DNA of 64,000 bases from the human T2T-CHM13v2.0 reference genome, Homo sapiens. The first letter of the stretch is position 1. The number at the start of each line of letters is the position of its first letter. The position numbers and the translations under genes were made by a program. Shown here piece after piece: positions 14,460 through 26,119 of the stretch. The notes beneath the pieces were generated by a model. The model did no database searches. It saw only the letters and a list, made by a program, of their open reading frames with translations, and was not told the DNA's origin. The stretch lies in NCBI RefSeq assembly GCF_009914755.1, contig NC_060927.1; one strand, 5' to 3'.

Positions 14460-16780
14460 AAAGTGGCCCCACTTTTTTGATTCTCTAAAATGTTTATGTA
14501 AAATTGGAATATTTTCCTTGACTTTACAGTAGACCTTGCCAGTGGAGTCTTCAGGGTCAAGTATTTACTTGGTGAGATTTCTGATTACTGATTGAATTTC
14601 TTTAATGATTACAGAACTATTTGGGTTTTCTATTTCTTCTTGAGTTAATTTTGAGAAGCTATTTTTTTTACATGTTCATAATATTTTCATTATCTTTCTT
14701 TTTTCACTGTTACAATAACTTTAATTTATCTTGTATTTTACAGAAGTCTATGAACGATTTTAAAAAAGCACCTCTTTACCCCATATCATGTTTCTCTGAC
14801 AGTTGTTAAAGTAGTCTATACATATGTCAACAGCTTGAGCATCAGCATCTTGCAAGGATTTCACACCAACCAGCCACTAGCCAAAGAACTTGGCAGCTTT
14901 TTTATCTTGCTTTTAATACAATGGTATATCCACTCTGATGGCAAACTGGTTTAGCCACATATCCACAACACGCTTTGAAAAATCAGTGATTAGCAAATTA
15001 GTTAGCTTTGGCACAGGGCTGTGCTCGCTTGCCCATGACAGTCTGGAAGCCAGTTTTGATACTGGCAACAGAACATCTAGAATGACAAGTTTCACACTGT
15101 AGGAAATAAGAGTTGCATGTCCTTCTGCAGGATTGTGTCCAGTGATCAGCATGTGTGACAAGTGACATACTCCTTGATAAATCTTAAGACATTTTCTATC
15201 TGTTTTTGTTGGAATCTTCCTTTACAAGTTGGTTATTACCATCTATAGAACCACTTGTACCCAATTCAACCAACAAAAATGCAAGTGTGCTGACAATATA
15301 ATAGTTTACAGATATCTGTAAAGTTGACAGAAGAAGTTTTCTTGGTTCCTACTCAGACGACCTGTGGAGGTTGCATAACGAATTTCTTTTTCTCCCCAGC
15401 AACCATATCTGGATTCTTTTCCCTCATGATGTTGAACACACAATTCAGCAGCTCCTCTTATGTGTAGTCTCCTTCTGAGCCTGCCCAAGCAGGGCCTGTC
15501 TGATTACTGAATGAGATACCATCATCTTTTTTGCTATCTTCATCTTCTAGAGCTTCATCTTTCTCTAGTAGTTCATCCTCATCTGGGAACTTGACATTCT
15601 TCTTTTTCTTCTTTTTATTCCAAGCATAATGTCAAGGTCATCCTCTGGTTCAGCTGGTTCTTGAACATCACTTTCAATCTTAAGATCCTTTACAACTTCT
15701 TCAGCTTCATCAATATCAAATATCTTTTTTGTTTTTTTTTCTTTTTCTTTTGATTAAAGAAGTTCAAGTCATCTAGATCATCAGAAGCATCGTTTTTCCT
15801 ACTGTCCTCATTGTCAGCTTCCAAATCTTTGTCCTCAGTTGGCTCTGGCTCCAGACTTTTGTTTCTGAGGGCTGCGTTTCCTGTTTGAGTATCCCCTTCC
15901 TCATCTAACATAAAAGGCTTCTTCTTCTTCTTTTCTTCTTGCTCACAGTAGGATCAAAAATCATCTCATCTCCAGATATGGATGCGATTCCAGTGGGCTC
16001 CGCATGGATGGGAAGTCAGACAGGTCAGCCCCCAGGCCCCGTGGCAGCGCTGCTCCTGCTGATACCTCTCCCACCACCGCACTAGGCTCTTGCATCAGCC
16101 AAAGGGCCATTATCTTTCTTAAAGGCTACAGTATCTGCAATGATATCCCTTTCATCATTCTTTATATGCATTGCTTGGTGCCTTCTCTTCTCCTTCAATC
16201 TCTCCAGAGTTTGTCAATTGTATTAGTCTCAAAAAACTAACATTGTTGTTCCTCTTGATTCAAATGTTTTCTATTTCATTAATTTCTCCTCTTTATTATT
16301 TCCTTTCTTCTACTTGATTAGGGTGTATTTTACGGTTAGTTTGTCAGTTCCTTTACATAAATACTTAACTCATTATATTTCAGCCATTTTTCTTTTCTAA
16401 TATATATTTTTAAAGCTATAAATTTTCTGATAAGTTTTACTTTAGCTGCATCCCTCAAGTTTTATATTATGTTTTCATTGCCATTCAGTTCCAAATTTTT
16501 TCTAAATTCCATTATTTCTGTTTTTACTCAGAGGATATTGGAAATTAACTTCCAAACATATGAGAATTACTAGTTATATTTTTGTTATTGATTTCTAGCT
16601 TAATTGCATTGTTGTCAGATAATGTATTCTTAATGAAATTTATTTAGATAAGATTTTATAATTCAGTATCTGGTCAATTTTTGTAAATGTTCCAGATGTA
16701 TTTCAGAAGAATGTATATTCTCCCATTTTGGGGTGCATTGTTCTATGTAAATGTATTAAGTCAAGTTTCATAATCCCTAA
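14460..16780 (-). mobile_element. Old L1M interrupted by the EIF2S2 pseudogene
   Basis: L1 ORF2-like sequence on both sides of the TSD. Confidence 0.65.
14701..16107 (-). pseudogene. EIF2S2P2: EIF2S2 (eIF2-beta) processed pseudogene, full length
   Basis: Intronless copy with 5'UTR, poly-Lys boxes ([20 protein letters not shown]), the zinc-finger end ([14 protein letters not shown]) and 3'UTR with ATTAAA. Start mutated to ATA, several frameshifts. TSD CATTATCTTTCTT at 14688-14700 and 16108-16120. The P2 number is from memory. Confidence 0.92.
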
Positions 16781-17901
16781 TACTTTTTTAGAAGAATAAT
16801 TTTTTCTGCCTCCAAACTCTAATTACATTCTCTCATCTACCTTCTTTCTTACAAAGAAATATCAAGTTCTTTATCATTCTGAGCACTCTTCCCATGCATC
16901 ATCGTCATCATCTTGGGTGACAAACCTTAAATTTCCAAACAGTGAGTAAGCCATTTAATAACTGGTTAAGGTTTGGGACATTATATTAATCTCTCCCAGG
17001 CTCAAAATCTCTTCTTACCTGTAAATGAGGATTGTAGGACTAACTGAGAATTAACATATAACATGTTTAAAAATACTATTATTTTTATTATTATTATTTA
17101 ATAAATAACCTACATGGTACTGGCATATAACAGGCAAGATAAATGGTAATATTATAATGATTCACATTTTTATATTTATTTATTGCCATGATTCTAACAT
17201 CTGTGTCTTTTCAGACTACCATTAACACATATTAAATTTCTCTGGCTACAGTAAGGTTGAATAGGCCCCCATATCCATGTGACTTTTGTCAAAGGGTATA
17301 ATGTATGAATATTAAGGAAAAGACGCCATATATGCCATTGAATAAATCACCATTTCAGCATACTTTTGCCATATTTTGTCAATAATTTTGCATCTTCACA
17401 CAATAACCCAATAAAGCAGTGCCATGGTCACTGAGATGGGTGACTATCAGAAGAAAAATGAATTCTATTATAAGACTCTGTGTGAATTAAACAATAACAT
17501 TTATTGACCATCTTCTTTGTGTAGGTACTGTAGTAGAGGCTTTCAGATATGTTATCTCGCTTAATGTCACAAAAACCCCTTAAAATAGATATTATTGTTC
17601 CCACTTTATAGATAGAGAAATTGAGGTTCAGGAAGTTAAAGAGATTTGCCCAAGCCCACATATGGTGGAGATACATGCAATGCAGGTATATATCAGCAGG
17701 TGTATAACAGCCATCAAGTCTGGAACTAAATATACTCTAAAAGCCCAATCCACAATAAAAGAGACTAAGCCCTTCTCTGGGTCTCTCTTGTAATTCCTGT
17801 CCCTTTCTCCACAGTGTTACTCATTCTCACTCAAGTCTGCCATATCCATTACCTACACTAAGTTATTACCAACAAGCACAGCTAATGCAGTATTGGTCTC
17901 A

Positions 17902-18084
<183 letters not shown>

Positions 18085-18658
18085 TCAGTCAGAATTAAAT
18101 TCCTACCATTCAGAGTGTTTTCCTTTCCTAAAAATGAAAAATTAAACACACACATAATGGATAAAAACTGTAGATACTTCTCAATAAAGCTTCCAACAAA
18201 TAATATGTCTACTATGACTATTAAATTTCTTCTACAAATAATATATATGCCTATGATTAATTAAGCACTGACCAGATTAAATTAATCCACTTTTTAAAAA
18301 TGTAATTGTCCTGCACTGTGCTTTCACTTTGACCGCTTAAAATTGACACCAACCAATTTAAAAATATTATTACATGTCTTCTATATACTGTACAAGGAGT
18401 TATCCAATACTTGTACATAATTTATCATGTAAGGCACACTAAGATATCTGAGTGCTGTAATAAAGGTACAAAGAAAAAGTGATGTTGAAGTTCAGAGAAG
18501 GGTGAAATTACTTTCAGTTTTTCATATTGTTAAAATATAAGAAAATTAAATGAGAAACAGTCTAGGAGCTGTGGCGGGGGCTGTGAGTTACCTCAAATAT
18601 CCATTCCTCTCCATCGTCTTCATAGTATTAAAACACTTGGTTTTTACTTGAATATATG

Positions 18659-19315
18659 TGATATGGTTTGGCTCTTTTTTTTTTGAAATGGAGTCTTGCT
18701 CTGTCACCCAGGCTGGAGTGCAGTGGCGCGATCTGGGCTCACTGCAAGCTCTGCCTCCCGGGTTCACGCCATTCTCCTGACTCAGCCTCCTGAGTAGCTG
18801 GGACTACAGGCGCCCGCCACCACGTCCGGCTAATTTTTTGTATTTTTAGTAGAGACGGGGTTTCACCGTGTTAACCAGGATGTTCTCGATCTCTTGAGCT
18901 CGTGATCCACCCACCTCGGCCTCCCAAAGTGCTGGGATTACAGGTGTGAGCCACCGCGCCCAGCCTGGTTTGGCTCTTTATCCCCACCAAAACTTCATTT
19001 CAAACTGTGATCCCCACGTCAGGGAGGGACCTAGCGGGAGTTGATTGGATCATGCCAGTGGTTTCCCCCTGCTGCTGTTCTGTGAGGGAATTCTCAGGAG
19101 ATCTAGTGGTTTATAAGTTGCAGTTTCCCCTGCACTCATGCCTCTCTCCTGCCACCTTGTGAAGAAGGTACTTGCTTCTCCTTTGCCTTCCACCATGATT
19201 GTAAGTTTCCCCAGGCTTCCCCAGCCATGTGGAACTGTGATCAATTAAGCCTCCTTCCTTTATAAATTACCCAGTCTCGGATATGTCTTTATAGCAGTGT
19301 GAAAATGGACTAACA
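18659..19315 (+). mobile_element. THE1D/MSTA-type MaLR LTR interrupted by AluY (18678-18965, minus)
   Basis: TGATATGGTTTGGCTCT start and CTAACACA end; Alu TSD TGGTTTGGCTCTTT on both sides. Confidence 0.85.
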
Positions 19316-21137
19316 CAAAAATATGGTTGCCCAAAATAAAGACTATATTTTCCAGCCTGCTTTACAGTAAGGTCTGCACAAGGAACTAAGTTCTAGCCAA
19401 TGGGATGGAAGCATATTTGGTATATGCAACTTTGGGGAAGAGTTCTTAAAGATTTGGGTATGCTTTTCCCTTTTTCTTTCCTCCCTATTCCTGGCACCAG
19501 TGATGGTTAGATCAGGAGCAGCCACCTTGGATCAGGAGGTAGAAGCTATGTATTGAGGATGGTAGAGCAAGAGATAGACAGAGAAAATAATTGAGGCCCC
19601 TGTTGATTGTGGAGCAGCTGTATCATTCCAGGGCACTGCTGTGAGAGAAATTAGCTTTTTATTGTCTAATTCACTATTATCTTCACTATTCTGTCAGTGA
19701 CAGCCAAGCGTAATCTTAACTAAGATAAGATATAAAGGCAAGATAGTGGAAAGATAGGGCATGTAGCAGATTTTGCCAAGTTTTAATATATGAGGAAGTC
19801 ATCTGCAGAAGAGATAGCTAAAACCAAGACTGAATGAGTCTACCAAAGGAAAAGAGAGCTGAGGGCAGATCCTCTGGATATATCTTCATTTAAGAAGTGG
19901 GACAAGCTCAGCAGAGTGATTCAGCAAGTGAGCTCAAAGTCACAAAGACCAAGAGAGAAAATTTGTGAAGAAGGAGGGGATTAATAAGTACCAAGCAATA
20001 AGAGAATCTAGGGCAAGTGGTGAGGAACTGCTTAAAGGAAAAACCACAGAACCAGATTCCAATCAGTTTTGCCTTGGAATTCCAAGTATTCTGAGTAAAA
20101 TCTCTGTTCTTTAGTACACAGGGTTAAAAATAAATTTTAAAACAAAACAAACAACAACAAACTTCTGTAAAGGCCATATTGTTAAGACCAACAACTATTA
20201 GTTAAAACCCCAAGAAATAAAAAGGATACTTGCCCTTATTTATGATTCCCTTACACCTAATTACTTTTCACCTCTTAACCTAGATGAAATCAGACAAAAC
20301 CTCTTGGCTTCAGCTGGTTAATTAGAAGCCAAATCTGACCATGAAAAGCAAATTCAGAACCATTATATAACATCAAAAAGTCCAAAAGGCACACATTTCC
20401 TTCTGAATAAACAATGCTTACAAAACTAGCCAAAATTAGCTCAATCAGTGCCACTGAGGAGAAGAAACCAGCTTTTCCCATTTCAACCTATCTTCCTTTT
20501 TTATGTTCATAATTTTGCAAATATCAAAAACAGGAAAAAAATGAAAATAGCTATAACAGATACACACTTTACTAGATTCAAGCTGACAGAGAGAGTCATA
20601 GCAATGTAAAGGCCGCAGAAGTTATGAAATTATTTTCTCCTGTTAATACTGTCAGGCATGAAGAAATAGAGTCTGGAGTAGAGACAGCATTTCATGACTA
20701 CTGACCAAAACTCTTCAGCTTCTTTGACTATAGAAGGTCTTTCCTTTTTTTTTAGACAGTTTTTTTTTTTAAACCAAAAGTCATCAAATCAAGTTTGTGG
20801 CTTGTGACCAGGATTTTTTCAAAGAAAAAGAAGAGATGAGAAAATAGACTATATCAAACAATATACCAAGTAAGGATAGGTTTTGTTTTAGGAAACTGCT
20901 TTCGGTTACGTGTTTGTATGTAAGTGTGTCTTGAATTGCTACGTAAAAACGTGAGCTTTCTTACTCTGTGGATTACAGTAAAGCAATCGTGTGAAAGCCA
21001 TTGTTCTGGGAGACAGGCCTATTAATCAGGCATGTCCTATACTTATAAAGAGGGCTGGTGTTTATCTGAATGGAAGCAAACATGGCTGGCTAAACTAGCA
21101 ATGAAGGATTTAAACTATTTGTTTTGGGGAAAAAATT

Positions 21138-21140
<3 letters not shown>

Positions 21141-21168
<28 letters not shown>
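21141..21168. repeat. (TG)n microsatellite
   Basis: Directly visible. Confidence 0.9.
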
Positions 21169-21649
21169 ATTACACTCAAGTAAGAATCTCTCAATCAGCT
21201 AGGAGGAGACGACTTCCCATATAAAATTAGAAATAGGAAGGGGAAAAGGAAGAAAGGGAGGAAAGAAAAAGTGTAAGAAAAAAATTGAGGAATCTGTTAA
21301 ACTTGAGGAACTCCTAGGATGTCCATTTCTACCTAAAAAAGTTCAGAAGACAGACAAAAAAGGGCAGAGAAGTACTTATTCCCAAGTGGAGAATATCTTC
21401 TTGATGAAACTGAAGTGGGTCCTGAGTAGCAGGGCCTGTTTTTGGGGCTTGAACAGGTCTTCTGACTAATAGGAATAACTAACATCTATTAAATGCCACT
21501 TCATAATTTCCAGCTGATTTAAACTTCACAACTTTATGAGGTAGGCCCTAACATTTCTCCTGCAAAGAGGATGGGGGTGGCACAGGTGGTTGCATGGGTG
21601 GGCAAGGAGAGCAGGTTAAATTCCAGAAATATTAAAAGCAATTGTCAGA

Positions 21650-21975
<326 letters not shown>

Positions 21976-22738
21976 TCAGAAAATATTCCTAGTCATGGGT
22001 ATTAGAGTATGGAACTTTTCCCCCTAAGGTCCTAATATCTAGCAATTCTAATCAGTATATAGACCAGTCCAAAATTGACATGTAATCATATTACTTACAT
22101 TTTTCTTTGTCAAAACCAATATAACAGATATTTTGCTTTTTATTCTGGGAATGGCAAGTTAGTAGACATGTCATCCTTATGTGATTTTAGTCCTGCATTT
22201 TTTGACATTATTAAATGCAATAATTCATAATGAATTAATATTAATACTAATGATAAATCAAATCCAATGACAGTAGGATTTTTAAATTCTATTAAAATTA
22301 GCAGGTCTTCTCATTTCAGTCTCTTTGCTTCAGCAGCATGTTATAAGAATTTTGACCAAAGACCTTTCTCTCTATGCTTTATATATTCTTGATAAATTAT
22401 AATTTCCACTAATCTTATTCCCTGTGGATAGGTAATTCTTTTTCAAGGCTGACATATAATTATTTTTTTAAGAGATGTAGAAGGACCAAACCAAATAATC
22501 ATTACTTTTCAAAAAGGCAACATTGATCTCACTTTTTAATGTTTAAAGTGCACCACACAAGGCAAATACTCCCCAGTGAGAAAAAGAAGATAAGGTGCAA
22601 TTTTTCAGAAAATGCTATTGCATAGGCTTAGTCTGATGTGAGTCTTCCTTGGAAGCACCAAAGTCCTGAGGTTTAAACAAATCAGGAGAAATAATTTTGC
22701 GTTTCCGGGCCAGGGCAAAATTCTGCTTTAATCACTGA

Positions 22739-22801
22739 GCTGGCATTAGTGGGACTTTTAACATTAAAAAAAAAAAAAAAAAAAGTCCCACTAATGCCAG
22801 T
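22739..22801 (-). ncRNA. MIR5588: MIR5588 hairpin in EHHADH intron 1
   Basis: Perfect 20-bp inverted repeat CTGGCATTAGTGGGACTTTT...AAAAGTCCCACTAATGCCAG around an A/T loop. The minus-strand arms ACUGGCAUUAGUGGGACUUUU and AAGUCCCACUAAUGCCAGC match miR-5588-5p/3p as I recall them. Confidence 0.85.
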
Positions 22802-22874
22802 GATTGCCCTATTCCTAAAGCCTTTAGCCAAACATTGTAAGGACAGCCTGGACTCAAAGAAGGGGAGTGAGGCT

Positions 22875-22887
22875 GGATCAAAGTCCA
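22875..22887 (+). promoter_or_regulatory. HNF4A-type DR1 element GGATCAAAGTCCA
   Basis: Contains the HNF4-specific core CAAAGTCCA, ~600 bp into intron 1 of a liver/kidney gene. Confidence 0.5.
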
Positions 22888-22932
22888 ACATCAAACTAAG
22901 TTAAGACCTTTGGATTAGAAAGTCGGCCTGCA

Positions 22933-23123
22933 CACTGGGACCTGTTGTGGGGTGGGGGGAGGGGGGAGGGATAGCATTAGGAGATATACCTAATATTAAA
23001 TGACGAGTTAATGGGTGCAGCACACCAACATGGCACATGTATACATATGTAACTAACCTGCACGTTGTGCACATGTACCCTAAAACTTAAAGTATAATTA
23101 AAAAAAAAAAAGAAAAATAAAAA
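22933..23123 (+). mobile_element. Severely 5'-truncated young L1PA 3' end
   Basis: L1PA 3'UTR plus poly(A); TSD AAAGTCGGCCTGCA at 22919-22932 and 23124-23137. Confidence 0.93.
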
Positions 23124-23379
23124 AAAGTCGGCCTGCAAAGCCAAAGTTGCAAGTAAGCAGGAGGGCTCCGCATGAAGGACAGGTCGAGGCCAACTCCCTA
23201 AGTGTTGATCTGTCTCAGCCTCAGCCTCAGTTTCCTTATCAGTAAAACGGGGACGAGAGTTCCCTGCGAAGATTAACCAAGCTAATCTAGGTTAAAAAAA
23301 AAAAAAAAGAAAAGAAAAAGAAAGAAAGAAAAGAAAAAAAAAGTTCCTGGCATGTACCAGTTGCTCAACTCTTGAGTGT

Positions 23380-23900
23380 CCTTCTCGGTTTAAACCGACG
23401 GGGGAGAGTCAAAGCCTCCGGAGCCAGAGGGCGGCTAAGGCCCGCACGGTCCCCGGGCTGGAGGCGACCGAGCCCGTTACCTGATCGCGTTGACCGGCGG
23501 GTTTCGGAGGCGGATTAGCGCCAAGGCGTTGTGCAGCCGCGTATACTCGGCCATGTTTCCTCTATCACCGAGGGCACCTCTGCCTCTCGCCGTCAGGCAA
23601 ACCACTTTTCCGGGCGCGCCCGGCCTCCTCCAGAGGAGGGACGCCGGCTGGGCCAATGCGAGCCGGGGCGCCGCCTCCCGCCGCGCCTCTTCCCACCCAG
23701 CCCTCCTCTCCCGAGACCCCACCCGGCGCTCTACAGACGCTTGTCGCTTTCCCTTTATTAACTCCCATGCTGCTCCCACCAGAAGGTACAGCAAGGAGAA
23801 TGATGGAAAACAGCTGTAATTGCCGGCAAGTCGAAGTTTGTAACCCCTTGGCCCATAGGGGCTGGCTACTGAGGACAAGTTCTGAGTTCGCTGAGACGGG
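23380..23900 (-). promoter_or_regulatory. CpG island / promoter of EHHADH
   Basis: GC- and CpG-rich stretch spanning exon 1, with GC-box-like motifs and CCAAT at ~23653. Confidence 0.85.
23481..23554 (-). CDS. EHHADH: EHHADH coding exon 1 (MAEYTRLHNALALIRLRNPPVNAI-S)
   Basis: ATG at 23554 (minus). Translation matches the N-terminus of human peroxisomal bifunctional enzyme. Donor CAG|GTAAC at 23481/23480; 74 nt, phase 2. Confidence 0.97.
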
Positions 23901-24051
23901 CAAGCTGTCCTCATCGCGGTATTCATCTTCATGATCTTTCTGAACAGGGACAGATACCTGGGGCCCTCCCTGACAGTTATGTGATATTGATACACATCTG
24001 GAACACATAAAATACACATTGTTCATTTCACCTAAATGAGTAGGGTACTAA

Positions 24052-24765
24052 TGAAACAGCCTTTGCAAAAATTCTAACAGTGAGAAAATTATGGCAGTCA
24101 AAGAGATCTGATTTAACCAACCCCATCTTGCCTTTAGCTGCCCTTAATTATTCCTGAGCTTAGGCCAAGTTAACTTTGGGAGACATTTGGTTTATAGTTT
24201 AAATGATAATAGCCCTTCCCCAAAACTCAACTGCCTTTGTAAAGCTAACCGAGAGACCACCAGGCTAGGAGGACAGAGGAGTGTGAATTCTCTCTGCTAA
24301 GGTGTAAACATAGACCATTGCCAGCCATTATTCCGGAAGCCACCAGATAGACAACTTCCCCATTTACTCCTGCAGGTAACATTACTATTGTAGAACCTAA
24401 GTTTGGCCTTTTGAGATATTTTTTCACGTTTGCCTGACACTGATGGCTCCACCTGGACCAGTCAACAGCTCCTGTGGCCCCACCCACAAGCAACTCAGTA
24501 CAAGAGGATAGCTTCAACCCCTATGATTTCATCTCCAACCCAACCAGTCAGCATTTTCCATACCCTAGCCCCTGCCCACCAAACCACCTTTGAAAAACCC
24601 CTAACCTACTAGCCTTCGATGAGATTGATTTGAGTAATAACTCCATGTCCCATGTGGCGTGGCCAGCCTCACATCAATTAAACTCTTTCCTTACTGCAAT
24701 GCTGTGGTCTTCCTGAATTGATTTTGTTTGTGCAGCAGGCAGGAAGAACCCATCCAGTGATTACT
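24052..24765 (+). mobile_element. ERV1 solo LTR, LTR8-like
   Basis: TGAAACAGCCTTTGCAAAA start, poly(A) signal and LTR-type end. Confidence 0.7.
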
Positions 24766-24794
24766 CTAACATCAACCAAATACTTATATAACAT

Positions 24795-25201
24795 TGTTAC
24801 TAGAGGAGGGTCTGGACTGCAAGTTGTCCAGGTTCTTGGCGTTTTGAACAAAGAATTGGACGAAACACACAAAGCAAGGGAAAAACAAAGCAACAGAAGC
24901 GAATATTTATTGAAAACGAAAAGACACTCCACACGGTGGGAGTGGGCCCAAGAAAGAGGCCCAAGGGACCTTGTTACAGAATTTTCTGGGGTTTCAATAC
25001 CCTCTAGAGGTTTCCCATTGGTTACTGGGTGTACGCCCTATGTAAATGAAGAGGACGAAGTGAAGTTACGAAGTCATTTACTCAGTGTACACCCTATGTA
25101 AATGAAGAGAATATTTCCTGTCATAGCTGAAGTGTTTCCATTTGATTTAGTTCTAGAAAGTCTTTAGGTTCCCTGCCTTCAGGCCCTATACTCCTGCCTC
25201 A
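24795..25201 (-). mobile_element. ERV1 solo LTR (MER51/MER4 group)
   Basis: TGAGGCAGGAG...TAACA termini; 4-bp TSD ACAT. Confidence 0.75.
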
Positions 25202-25205
25202 ACAT

Positions 25206-25514
25206 CTTTTTTTTTTTTTAATTTTTATTTTTTGAGACGGAGTCTGGCTCTGTCGACCAGGCTGGAATGCAGTGGCGCGATCTCAGCTCACTGCAAGTCC
25301 GCCTCCCGGGTTCACACCATTCTCCTGCCTCAGCCTCCCGAGTAGCTGGGACTACAAGCGCCCGCCACCACGCCTGGCTAATTCTTTGTATTTTTGGTAG
25401 AGATGGCGTTTCACCGTGTTAGCCAGGATGGTCTTGATCTCCTGACCCTGTGATCCACCCGCCTCGGCCTCCCAAAGTGCTGGGATTACAGGCGTGAGCC
25501 ACCGCACCCAGCCC
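25206..25514 (-). mobile_element. AluY
   Basis: AluY diagnostic motifs. Confidence 0.9.
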
Positions 25515-25561
25515 ACAACATCATTTTTATTTGTCTTACAATCACATGCAACTAGCGAAAC

Positions 25562-25808
25562 TGTTATGGGTGGACGGTGTCCAGGTTCTTGGCGTTTTGA
25601 CCAAAGAATTGAAAATGCAAAACAAAGCAAGGAAAGAATGAAGTAGCAAAAGCAGAGATTTATTGAAAATGAAAGCACACTCCACAGGGTGGGAGCAGGC
25701 CTGAGCAAGTGGCTCAAGGGACCAGTTACAGAATTTTCTGGGATTTCAATACCCTCTAGAGGTTTGCATTGGTTACCTGGTGTATGCCCTATGTAAATGA
25801 AGGATGAT
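25562..25808 (-). mobile_element. Second, partial LTR of the same family as 24795-25201
   Basis: Shares GTCCAGGTTCTTGGCGTTTTGA and TTTCAATACCCTCTAGAGGTTT. Confidence 0.75.

Positions 25809-26119
<311 letters not shown>

Noticed and set aside
23490-23934. Plus-strand ORFs over the EHHADH promoter
   Set aside because: Expected by chance in a GC-rich island; no recognisable domain.
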